DNA of 64,000 nucleotides. It comes from the human T2T-CHM13v2.0 reference genome, Homo sapiens. Positions 1 to 11,900 of the stretch are shown one piece after another. Every line of letters begins with the position of its first letter. Within the stretch, counting starts at the first letter, position 1. The DNA lies in NCBI RefSeq assembly GCF_009914755.1, contig NC_060947.1; one strand, given 5' to 3'. Made by a program: the position numbers and the translations under genes. The notes under the pieces were generated by a model. That model had not been told where the DNA came from. It saw only the letters and a program-made list of their open reading frames with translations, and did no database searches.

Positions 1-619
1 TTTTGGATTTTTGTCATGAATCAAAATTGAAACTGTTGAAACTCAATTGTGTTGAAGTAGGTAGGCAGATTTTAAAATACTATCTACTATAGAAATTCTT
101 AAAATGCAAACCTACTTTATTAAATGGATTTAAACACCATGTTGCCTGCCATAAGATTGTTTGGAAAGACTAAATGATTTAATTGGAAGCATCAATTAAA
201 ATAAAACATATTACTTTATATGTTAAACACTATATATATATGTACAGAATTTAAGGATTTGACCTAGTTTTTCTCCAGAGGGTCACGTTTTTGTTACAAC
301 AAGAACATGTCTCTAAGCACCATCTTTACAATACAAAAGAACCATCTTTTACAAAAATTTTGATTAACTGTGGCATTTCCTTTCTGCTGTGAAGAAAGCT
401 GGCTACTGAATAAATTGTGAAGTACCAAAACCTCACCTTACAAATTTCTCTAATCCATTTAACTTCTTTCTTTCTACACATTTCCTGGGAATTTAATATT
501 CTATTTATCCCTCTGGCTCTTCTTCCTCTATAGCAATTGTGGCATCCTATGCAAGACTTACATCCTCTGCACTCCTATGTTACGAATATTTTCTTTTCTA
601 TATGACCTAAAGATGATAT

Positions 620-905
620 AACCAAGCAATTCTACTTCTAGGTATATGCTCAAAAGGTTTACATACTGGTACTCAAAAAATTACTTGTACACAAATACTC
701 ATAGTAGCATTATTCAAAATAGACAAAAGTTAAAAACAACCTGAATGTCCATGGGCAGTTAATGAATAAACAAATTGTGATATATATGAAAATATCCAAC
801 CATAAAAAGGAATGAAACAGTGATACATTATATAACCTGAAAAACATTTATGCTAAGTGAAATACGCCAGACAGAATAGATCACATACTGTATGATTTTA
901 TTTAC
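620..905 (+). mobile_element. Old L1 (L1MB-like) 3' fragment
   Basis: Resembles the L1M ORF2-end/3'UTR (caagcaattctacttctaggtata...tagtagcattattcaaaatag...cacatactgtatgatt). It is homologous to 3050-3335. Confidence 0.7.
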
Positions 906-929
906 TTCTTCACACCCCTATCAAAACTG

Positions 930-3575
930 ATTCATAGATGACATGATTCTATGTATGGAAAATCCCACAGGATCCACCAAAACCTAATAGACCTAATAAT
1001 GAATTTAGCAAAGCCTCTGGGTAAAAACCAACATATAAAAATCAGCTGTCTTTTTATACACTAATAATAAACAATCTGAAAAGGAAATAATGGAAATAAT
1101 TCCATCTATAATAGTGTCCAAAAAAGTTAAGTATTTAGGAATAAATTCAACCAAATATGTGAACAGCGCATACACTGAAAACTACAAAACATTACTTTAA
1201 TAAACTAAAGAATACATAAATAAATGGAAAGACATTTCATGTTTATGGATTAGAAGACTTACTTTTGTTAAAACGGCAATGCTAACTTCAAGCAATCTAT
1301 AGACTCAATGCAATCATAAAAAGTCTAAGAGCCTTTCTGCAGAAATGGAAAACACAATTCTTGAATTCATATGAAATTGCAAAGAGCCTTGAATATTAAA
1401 ACAAACACTCACAAAGTAGAGGAACGAAGTTGAAGGACTATTATTTTCACATTTTATAACTTACTACAAAACTACAGTAATTAAACAGTATGGTCCTAGC
1501 ATAAGAACAGACATATGCACTGATGGAACAGGATTGAGAGTCCAGGAATAATCACATGTATGTATGGTCAATTGATTTTCAACAAGGATGCCAAGATCAT
1601 TCAATAGGTAAAGAATAGTTTCCTCCAAAAAATGGTGCTGTGACAAATTGATATTCACATACAAAATAATAAAGTTGCAGCTTTATACAAAATTATACAA
1701 AAATATACAAATTATGTATATATACATATACAAAAATGTACTTAAAATTGTATCAAAGACTTAATGATAAGAGCTAAACTCTAAAGCTCTTAGGAAAAAA
1801 AGGGTTTTCCTGACCTTCATGACCTTGGATTTGGCAACGGATTCTGAGATCTGACATCAAGAGTACAACCAACAAAAGAAAAAATAGATAAATTGGAGTT
1901 TGTTAAAATTAAAACGTTTTTCATGTTAAAGGACATTATCCAGGAAGAGAAAGACAACTTACGGAATGGGAGAAAATATTTGCAAATCACATATCTGATA
2001 AGAATCTAGTATCCAGATTTTATAAAGAACGCCTTCTACTCAATAACAAAATGAAAAACACTCCCATTCAACTCTTAGAAGTCTTTAACAACAACAACAA
2101 CATGGACTTGAATTGATGTTCCTCTAGAGATGTGCAAATGACACTTGAAAAGATGCTAAACATTATTAGTCATTAGGTCAATGCAAACCAAAATCACAGT
2201 GAGATACCACTTCACTCCCACTTACACGGCAATTTTTAAAAATCAGAAAAATAACTAGCATTGTCAAGGATACGGAGAAATTGCAAGCCTTTTACGTTAC
2301 TTATGAGAAGGTAAAATTGGTCAGTTGCTGTAGAAAATGTTGACAGTTCTGATACAGGAGATAGAAATTATTTAGGCAGATAGTGAGAGCAAAAGATTCT
2401 TTGGCAGAACTTCCCTTCTAACAAAAAGCAACCCGAGAAATCATTTTATTTCTAACAAAGAGCAGCCTGAAATACTGAACTGCAAATATAGATAAGGAAG
2501 CTCGAAGTTTGCACGGGGAAATGCCAGCAGCTACGCCAATAGAAAAGGGCTACCTGGGGGCCAGGCATGTCCACCCTGGAAGCTCCGTTTTCTTTTTTTT
2601 TTCGTTAGCACTTGTACAGTAAGAAAGAAATGGGCAACATGGAGCAGCTCAGGTAGAAAACCCACCCGAATAATACAGAGATTCATGCCATATGCAGATG
2701 GCAAACCTGGTTCTGTTTTATCGTGCCCTGTGTAGATCAGACACCATCTCCCCACCAGCTCATCTATAAAAGCTCCTTCATTTCACTGCAGGTCAGCAAC
2801 CCATTTTTCTGGGACCCCTCTCTATAACAGAAAGCAATTATCTTTCTTTCACCTATCCAATTTCCCCTTTAACTTCACTATTTGTGTATCCACATCCTTG
2901 ATATCTGTGGCTGAGACAAGAAACCTCGGGTGTCACCCCAGACAACAAGGCCACTTCATTGTGGGGGATCACCTGAGACCCAAGGTAGATTCATAAAAAG
3001 AAAGAGTATAGGAGCAGTTCTTTAAAAAGTTAAACATAGAATTACCATATAATCCAGCAATTCCACTTCAAGGTATACACTCAAAAGAATAGAATACTAG
3101 TACTAAAAGAAATACTTGCACACAAATATTCATAGTAGCACTAGTCACAATTGACAAAAGCTGGACACACCCAAATGTCTATAAATAGCTTAATGGACAA
3201 ATAAATGGTGTTATATACATAAAATGGAAAATATTTAGCTATAAAAAGGAATAAAGTACCTATATATGCTATAACCTGAAAAATGTTTTTTGTTAAGACA
3301 CAAAAGGTCATATATTGTATGATCCAATTTATATATAATTTGTGAATAGGCAAATTCACAGAAATGAAAAGTAGATTGATGGTTTTCAAAGGCTAGGGGA
3401 AAGTGAGAGTGGAGAATAACTGCTTACTGAGTATGTGATATTATTTTGGGGTGATGAAAATGTTTAGAACTAGAAAGAGGTGATTGCACAACATTGTTAA
3501 TATAATTAACGGTACTGAATTATTTATTTTTAAACAGCTAATTTTATTGTATGAGAAATTTGCCTCAATTGAAAA
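930..3575 (+). mobile_element. Old L1 (L1MB-like) ORF2 3' half and 3'UTR, interrupted by an LTR at 2350-3016
   Basis: Degenerate L1 ORF2 motifs (gcagatgacatgat-like at about 935, tactacaaaactacagtaat, gagataccacttcac). The L1 resumes after the LTR (gttctttaaaaagttaaacatagaattacc) and ends near ttgcctcaattgaaaa. Confidence 0.85.
2350..3016 (+). mobile_element. ERV1 LTR (MER50-like) plus a short internal stub
   Basis: Starts TGATACAGGAG...attatttaggcagatagtgag. An LTR-like end ...ccacttCA lies at 2958, followed by a Pro-like PBS and a stub. GTTC flanks both sides (2346-2349, 3017-3020). Confidence 0.7.
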
Positions 3576-4059
3576 TAACTGGCTGTGTCTCATTTTTTAA
3601 AATCTAACAAATCTGAAGTTTACATTTAATGGCTTAATGTTCTACTCCCTGTTGGATAATATATGCAATCTGATAGAGGGAGGTAATAATGCTTTAACAC
3701 AAAGAATTGGTTAATGGTGAACATTTCTGGCAGGGCAAGTTAGATAAATATGGGTTATGGAGGTAGTCAAACCTCAATTAATTCAAGTGTAAATGTGTTT
3801 TTTCTTACAGAACAATTTTTGCACATTGGTAATAGTGCTACTTCATGATTTTTGCATTTTTATGATTCAAATTTTAAAATCCTAATTATATATATAGTTA
3901 AAATGTAGTGCTCAGATGAGGCTTATTGAACAATTAGGGCTTTATTTCTGAAAGCATGTGGTCTTAAGTGCTAGTACTTTTGAATCCCATGTCTTTAGAA
4001 ATATTATTATGTATACATGTTTTTAAATGATTTGTCTTTTGCAGTAGGAGAGCACCTTG

Positions 4060-4414
4060 TGTCACCAGTGGAGACTGTCCAGGTTCTTGGCACCTTGAAT
4101 AAAGAATTGGACAAACCACACAAAGCAAGGAAGGAATGAAGGGGTTTATTGAAAATAAATGTACACTCCACAGTGTGGGAGCGGGCTCAAGCATAGGGGA
4201 TCAAGGGCCCCATTACAGTATTTTGGGGAGTTGCAACACCTTCTAGAGGATTCCATCGGTTACTTCGGGTATGCCCTTTGTAAATGGAGAGGATGAAGTA
4301 AAGTTACAAAGTCATTTACTTGGCCTACGCCCTATGGAGAGGATATTTCTTGTCATAGCTGAAGTGTGAATCGGCCTTATGTTCCCTGCCTCCAGACCCT
4401 ATTTTCCTGCCTCA
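4060..4414 (-). mobile_element. MER61-type 3' LTR
   Basis: TG...CA termini; homologous to 16260-16618. Confidence 0.85.
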
Positions 4415-5048
4415 TCTGCCCCGAGAGATGTGATCCTCATACATTTTTATGGGAGGCACAGGGACCAATGGTCTTTTTTCTGTAACTGCTTTATGCTGGC
4501 TTGAGGCACAGTCCCTACCTACTGGGGATCACAAAACTGTCATTCTGCTGTGTCTAGTGGAGGCAAGGTAGCTCCTTGATGGCCAGGGGTGGTGTCTTCA
4601 CTTGGAACTGGCTGGACCCTTTGTTGCATGATCATCTAAAGCTTGATGCTTTCTAGGTGAGAGGAAATGAATTTGGTTAAAAGATTTAATGGGAACTTCA
4701 TGGGGTGGATACTTCTGCTGTCAGGAATGTTTGTTATAGAGAATTGCAAGAGAAAAAACAAAACCTGGTTTGTTCTAGAATCTATGTGTTTCCTTAAAGT
4801 CTTAGCACAAGTCACTCCATTTGGTTTGGTTTGGACTGTTGGGGCCTAGTGCATGAGATTACTTCAAAACAATGGCCTCCCAGAATTTTGTTTAAAAAAT
4901 TCCACCTTTTTGGTTAGGTTCTCAATTAGGTGAGAGTTTAACCAAAACTTAGGGCCTTAGCACCACTTAGTCAACATCATTTTGGGTTTCTGGTTTCAGC
5001 ACATTAGGTTATGGTGTCCTCATGGTTGCACATTTCTTTCAGCTCCTG

Positions 5049-5480
5049 TTATTCCAGCTTAAGAGAGACCATACGACATTCTAGAGATGGTTGCATGCAA
5101 GCATTTAAAACCTTTGAGATAATACAGCGCACCAGGGACACTATTATTATGACTATTGGGAGGATAATACCAACAGTTTGGAGTATGCTCCTTACCCAAT
5201 GTCCCCATAAACCAAACTTCCTAAAATCAAATAGATCAAAGACTGACTTAACTAAGCAGTTTCTTCATTAATCCACTACCACTGAATTTCTATAATTCTC
5301 ATTTGATGTATTCCTTTATAGGTCACAAGTGCCAGAAGCTGCACAGATACTTTTCTGTTCAGCCAATCCCATTATAAGTTTCACAAAAGAATTTAAAGTC
5401 TTGTGAAATTGTAGCCTTTACAGTATTATTTGCTATAGAGCCTATCATGGGGGATACATTTCTAGTTATTGCCTCTTTTA
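5049..5480 (-). pseudogene. env: env TM subunit remnant of the MER61-type provirus
   Basis: Manual minus-strand translation gives LAEQKSICAASGTC (degenerate ISD/CX6CC region) and FDLFDFRKFGLWGHWVRSILQTVGIILPIVIIIVSLVRCIISKVLNAC (membrane anchor and tail). Frameshifted. Confidence 0.7.
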
Positions 5481-6189
5481 CTACGGAAAAAGGAAGTAAC
5501 AAACGATGCCCTTCTAGAAGAATGAAGCCCTCCTGGCAATGCTCTTTTTAACCCCTGATGTGGGTCAACAGGGGTGAACCAATGTTTTATTTTTGACTGA
5601 TTATGAGGCAACACATGTACCATTAAAGTTTCGTACCTATGTTGGGTCTTTATCTTTGATTTGTCATAGTATAAGTTTATCCATGTTTAAGGCTGGCTGC
5701 AAACCCCTTCCCAAATAAAAATATACCCCATAAGTGGCCATAACAGACCCCTTTTTCACTTCTATTCCTCATAGAGGCAGAAGCAAGGAAAAAATATTCA
5801 AAGATAAGAGCTTCATGATAGTAGAAGTCTTAATCTGTAAACTTGGGAAAAGCTGTTTACATAAAGGATGCCATCTTTTTCTTGGGAGAAATTTCCCTGG
5901 TTAGTTTTATCTTAAGGGTTCCAAAGGGTGTACAGCTCCAAGAGTGTGGAGGGACCCTTCTCAACTGCAAGACCATGAACCCAAAGCCCAGGGTCCCAAA
6001 GTTTTGTTGTAGTGTGTGTAGCAAGGACAGTTTTTTCCTGATGTTTCCAGAATATCCAAACCATAAAAGCTTTCTTTACCTGATGAAAATACACTGTAGC
6101 ATAATAATCTTCTCTTATAACATCAGCCCTCTTGCATGGGAAAGCTTTTATACAACCAGAAAAGATGCATTAAAAGTAACAATTGAATG

Positions 6190-6514
6190 AAATCCCTTTA
6201 TAAAGTGTTTAAATGGCCTACCAGGTAACCAAGTGTACCTGCAGCTTTAATTGTTTTTCCAGAAATATGGGGCCAAACATTGGCTATAAACTATTCTAGT
6301 AATTTGTAAGATACCACACCTATGTATTCAATTTTATTTTATATTTTTCATGATGAATTATGGAATGCAGAACTTTTAATAATAAAAGCTTTAAGGGCTC
6401 AGGAAGGACAAGAAGGCCATCCTGGTTCTCCACGAACCCATGCTTAATTAACATTAGACTTATATCCTCTTGAATACCAGTTGTATTTCCAAATTTGGTG
6501 CATAGCACTGACAA
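6190..6514 (-). pseudogene. pol: pol integrase N-terminal remnant
   Basis: ORF 6320-6514 contains LVLPEPLKLLLLKVLHSIIHH (HHCC zinc-domain histidines). Downstream on the minus strand is PGRPFKHF, resembling the start of the integrase core. Confidence 0.55.
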
Positions 6515-7722
6515 GGAAATTCGGTTATTTCTGTGATTTACAATAACTTAACATAATAACCATAATTATAATTGACAGTATATATTCAGATATTAGAATT
6601 TTAGCAATCTCCTACAATTTTGGAACATATATTAGTATTAGTCACAAAAATATAACCCAAACAATATTAAGCATCATTTTGACAATCTCGTGTAACTAAA
6701 CACGTTAAATAATCCTGTTTATCTCCTTTCTGGATGTTTTAAGGGGCCCTCTGATTCATCCTAAAAGCCAGCCACCAAGAAAGACAATTTTGGAACTGAA
6801 GTTTGATTTTGGAATTTCAGATTACCATAAATTATTTATTTTGCCAAAACGATGACTTAGGGATTTAAATAAGTAAAAACTTTTTTATAATCTTTAACCC
6901 CCCACGAAAAAATCCAAATTCTACTGTTTTTACACATTTTGCATGTAAAGCTGTGTCTAGTAGTGTTAATTGCATGTTACAATGGCAAATTTTAACGTAA
7001 ATCCTGGTAAGTTGTGTTCTGATAAGGTTTGACTATCTCCAGCACAGCTAGGAATGTGGCCAACTCCACATGTCCCCAGGCCTTACCTAGCTGGAAAGCA
7101 GACAAGTTAAACAATTTTCAAAAGCCAAACAAGCAGCTTATGACCTTAACGCATTTAGCAAACCTAACATTTGAACATAATTTAGACCACATGTTTACAT
7201 TATGAAGACATTTGTATTTTACCAATAATCTTTAAAACTATCTTTATTTCCCAAAGATCACTCAAGTTACATGAACTAAATAAAAGGCATTATATTTTTC
7301 ACTTTTCTGACAAAATATTTAAGATCTTATTATTAAGCCAATTAATTTAAAACTTTACAGAGGAAATAAACAGTGACTTTTACTTTATGTTAGGCAAAGA
7401 GAGAAATTTGACTTAAATTGTATCTAGGAGAGTATACTCAGCACACTTAAAGTATCAGGAAGCCTAAAATCCAAAAAGTTAGTTTAAGGTTAAAAGGCTG
7501 GTGTGCTCTATCAATTCCTCTCGGCCCATCAAAGGTAGCCTAGGAATTCCAAATAAGTGGAAGAAATGATGACTTGCTAGAAATGCATAGGAAACAAAAT
7601 AACTATTCACAGAAACAAAAGCCTTCCACTAGAAACTAAAACAAAAATGGTTTTTTTATATATGCAAACACAAGCAAAGCCAGAGAAGAATAAACAGTGA
7701 ACAAATGAAAACTAGAAGTAAA

Positions 7723-8414
7723 CCATCTGGGAAGTGAGGAGCGCCTCTGCCCGGCCCCCACACCGTGTAGGAAGTGAGGAGGCCTCTGCCCGGGCCGCAA
7801 TGTCTGGGAAGCTAGGAGCGCCTCTGCCCAGCGGCCTCACCATCTGAGAAGTGAGGAGCGCCTCTACCCAGACGCCCCACCATCTGGGAAGTGAGGAGCC
7901 TCTCTGCCCGACTGCCCCACTGTCTGGGAAGTGGGGAGCACATCTGCCCGGCCGTCCCACCATCTGGGAAGTGAGGTGAGCCTCTGCCCGGCCGCCGCCC
8001 CGACTGGGACGTGAGGAGCACCTCTGCCTGGATGCCCTACCGTCTGTGAAGTGAGGAGCGCCTCTGTTTGGCTGCCCAACGGTCTGTGAAGTGAGGAGTG
8101 CCTCTGCCTGGCTGCCACACCTTCTGGGAAGTGAGGAGCACCTCTGCCCTGCGGCGGTCCTGCCTGGGAAGTGAGATGCGCCTCTGCCTGGCGGCCGCAC
8201 TTGACTAATGCCTCTGCACCACTGCGCCACCGTCTGGAAAGTAAGGAGCGCCTCTCCCTGGCCGCCCCACCGTCTGAGAAGTGAGGAGCGCCGTTGCCCG
8301 GCCGCCGCTGTGCAACCCTCCAAGTATGAAGTGGCAGTCATGTGTGTGATCTTTATGCCCTCCCCAAGTTTGCATTTTTGACATTAAAGTTTACTTTTAA
8401 ATTAAAAAGAGAAA
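7723..8414 (+). mobile_element. SVA2-like VNTR retroposon (SVA-type VNTR, unique 3' segment, A-rich tail)
   Basis: About 14 units of about 40 bp (gaagtgaggagcgcctctgcccggccgccccaccgtctgg), then tgtgcaaccctccaag...gacattaaagtttactttt with no SINE-R, then an A-rich tail. TSD gaaaactagaagtaaa (7707-7722) / gacaactagaagcaaa (8415-8430). Confidence 0.85.
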
Positions 8415-9315
8415 GACAACTAGAAGCAAAAACAAACAGAAAACCAACCCTAAATTTTCCCACTTAATTTACCCTGGAGGCTACAGTGTTACCTAGGGCC
8501 AAAAAAACCCCACATAATGAATGTTTTATTCCTGATACACAATTCAATATCCTTAAGCTCACTAATATTATCATATGTCTTTTGCAATCAATAAATTTAC
8601 CTTAGGCACATGACTGATCAGTACTCCAGTGCCAGCGCTGTCCATGCAACACAATAAACATAGTGTGAAGCAATGCAAGCATGTATGTGAAATTTGGCTC
8701 CACATTAAATCCAGCTTCATGCTTAACTATGTAAAAAAGGAATAGCCAAACTGCCGATGCATTTCTTTACAATTCTTCTTATTTAACTTTAATCAAGACT
8801 AAGAGCTTTAACTATGAAAATGTTAATTAGCCAAATGTCTTCAATTATCAGGTTTTAAGAAATATTTTATTATTGAAACTTTTTTCACATCTTTCTCCCC
8901 TATTTAATGATTCCTTACTGCATTGTTTTATAAATAACCTTTTCGAATCTGTAATTTAAACTAACTTTTAGATAACTTCTGAATTAGACAAAAGTATTCT
9001 TTTTTCCACTAATAACATAACCTTTCTGGCACATTTTGTATACAGAATTACCAGTTAACTAAATTTTTTATCTTTGGTAACCTAAAGCTTTAATGAAACC
9101 CTAAAAAGCAAGAAATCCTGAGCTATCAGATATGGGCATTTATAGATAAAAACAATTCCACAATTTTAGAAACATATTTCCCAATATCACAACCCTTTCT
9201 TAATTGGAAATGACCCAAATATTAAGTGAGCATTAAAATAAGTTTAAGATTTTAATTTACAAAAAAAGTTTATCTAAAACATTTATCCCATTCACTGTAC
9301 TTAATTTTTACTTTT

Positions 9316-9566
9316 AAGGAGGGAGACACAAGACATCAATCGGCATATGTAAAATGAACATCACATTGGTCTGGAAAGGCAGGAGAACTTGAGGCAGGTT
9401 GGGGGATTGGGGGCTTTCAGATTCAGGTAGTTGGAAGACAAAAAGTTGCATTCTTTTGAGTTTCTGATTAGCCTTTCCAAAGGAAGCAATCAGATCTGCA
9501 CTCATCTCAGTGAGACTTTGAATAGAATGGGAGGCAGGCTTGCCCCAAGCAACTCCCAGCTTGAAT
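9316..9566 (-). mobile_element. MER4A-like LTR fragment within the MER61 internal region
   Basis: gagacacaagacatcaatc...ttgcattcttttgagtttctgattagcc...gaatagaatgggaggcagg resembles a MER4-group LTR. No LTR termini are present. Confidence 0.55.
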
Positions 9567-9959
9567 TAACAATGACATTTTAAAATATCTAGCGAAGACA
9601 AACATAAAATTCAGACAAAATGTATGCTGACAATTCTAAAGGCATTTCTATTTTTATTCCACCAATAATTTTAAAGCTGTCTTGTTTAGTAAAGTTATAC
9701 TTTAAGTCATGTGAACTTGAAAATAGCTTAGACTTACTTAATTTATGAGTGCTCATTTACTTACAAGCCAATTTGGTAGACACAACATATAACAATAAGT
9801 GTACATACAAATAAACACATCTAAACATATATATACACACATAAACAAAGATCTAATAGCTTGGGACCTTAGCCATGAGACAGCAATACAATACTTCGCC
9901 AGTTTTACTTTGCCCCAATAGATAATCCATTGAAGGCTGTGAATCAAAATTTCAGATAA

Positions 9960-10290
<331 letters not shown>

Positions 10291-10663
10291 GGTAGTTTGA
10301 TTTTTAAAGGCCAAACCTCCCCAGACTCCAAAAAGCACTGAGGCCAAACAGTACCAAAGGAGGGCATCACATATTAAACAGGCCTTCTGCTTAGAACAGC
10401 AGCACAAAAGCCTGGATACATGCAACACCATCCCACTTTCTGATTAGACAGCAAAGTTCAGATTCTGAACAATTTTGGAGCCAAGCATCATTGCAAGTGA
10501 GAGAGAAAATTCTAAAGAGGGCTTAATACTAGACCTCAGAACCTCTGCAGAGTGTCGCTTTGGGCAGGTTGAGGTCTGCAGGATTACCTGGAGCATTCTC
10601 CAGATGTCTCTGCCCTTAGGTGGGCACCGGTGCCACTTTGCATGTGTTCCCTCCGGAGCCTAC

Positions 10664-11118
10664 TGTCAGGCCTCTGAGCCCAAGCCAAGCCATTGCATCC
10701 CCTGTGACTTGCACGTATACGCCCAGATGGCCTGAAGTAACTGAAGAATCACAAAGGAAGTGAATATGCCCTGCCCCACCTTAACTGATGATATTCCACC
10801 ACAAAAGAAGTGTAAATGGCCGGTCCTTGCTTTAAGTGATGACATTACCTTGTGAAAGTCCTTTTCCTGGCTCATCCTGGCTCAAAAAGCACCCCCACTG
10901 AGCACCTTGTGACCCCCCCACTCCTGCCCGCCAGAGAACAAACCCCCTTTGACTGTAATTTTCCTTTACCTACCCAAATCCTATAAAACGGCCCCACCCT
11001 TATCTCCCTTTGCTGACTCTCTTTTTGGACTCAGCCCACCTGCACCCAGGTGAAATAAACAGCCATGTTGCTCACACAAAGCCTGTTTGGTGGTCTCTTC
11101 ACACGGACACGCATGAAA
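10664..11118 (+). promoter_or_regulatory. 5' LTR7 (promoter/enhancer)
   Basis: tgtcaggcctctgagcccaagc...gcatgaaa; TATAAAA at 10982-10988; AATAAA at 11054-11059. Confidence 0.95.
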
Positions 11119-11120
11119 TT

Positions 11121-11138
11121 TGGTGCCGTGACTCGGAT
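11121..11138 (+). other. Primer binding site, tRNA-His
   Basis: TGGTGCCGTGACTCGGAT, 2 nt after the LTR; complementary to the tRNA-His 3' end. Confidence 0.95.
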
Positions 11139-11261
11139 CGGGGGACCTCCCTTGGGAGATCAATCCCCTGTCCTCCTGTTCTTTGCTCCGTGAGAAAGAT
11201 CCACCTAGGACCTCAGGTCCTCAGACCGACCAGCCCAAGAAACATCTCACCAATTTCAAAT

Positions 11262-11270
11262 CCGGTAAGC
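11262..11270 (+). promoter_or_regulatory. HERV-H leader splice donor
   Basis: CCG|GTAAGC with GT at 11265-11266, about 150 nt after the 5' LTR. Confidence 0.75.
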
Positions 11271-11559
11271 AGCCTCTTTTTACTCTCTTCTCCAACCTCC
11301 TTCACTATCCCTCAACCTCTTTCTCCTTTCAATCTTGGTGCCACACTTCAAGCTCTCTCTTCTCTTAATTTCAATTCCTTTCATTTTCTGGTAGAGACAA
11401 AGGAGACATGTTTTATCCATGGACCCAAAACTCCGGCGCCGGTCACGGACTGGGAAGGCAGCCTTCCCTTGGTGTTTAATCATTGCAGGGATGCCTCTCT
11501 GATTATACACTCACGTTTCAAGGGTGTCAGACCACGCAGGGAGGCCTGCCTTGCTCCTT

Positions 11560-11900
11560 CACCCTTAGCAGCAAGTCCCGCTTTTCTGGGGAAGGGGCAA
11601 ATACCCCTCAACCCCTTCTCTCCTTGTCTCTAACCCTTCTCTGCTTTTCTGGGGCAGGGGCAAATACCCCTCAACCCCCTCTCCTTCACCCTTAGCGGCA
11701 AGTCCCACTTTCCTGGGGCAGGGGCAAGTACCCCTCAACCCCTTCTCCTTCACCCTTAGCGGCAAGTCCTGCTTTCCTAGGCGGCAAGAACCCCCCAATT
11801 GCTTATTTCCACACCCCAACCTCTTATCTCTGTGCCCCAATCCCTTATTTCCACGCCCCAATCTCTTATCTCTGTGCCCCAATCCCTTATTTCTGTGCCC
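11560..11900 (+). repeat. HERV-H leader tandem repeats
   Basis: Repeated cccttagcggcaagtccc / aggggcaantacccctcaacccc blocks, then four 21-bp units (cttatttccacaccccaa / cttatctctgtgccccaa). Confidence 0.8.

Noticed and set aside
7731-8300. CRISPR-like regular 40-bp periodicity
   Set aside because: The variable parts are homologous to one another, so this is a tandem VNTR. There are no cas genes and the context is primate.
7712-8341. 209-aa minus-strand ORF and overlapping ORFs
   Set aside because: They arise from the GC-rich VNTR (repeating EALLTSQ / RGAPHF); there is no evidence of a gene.
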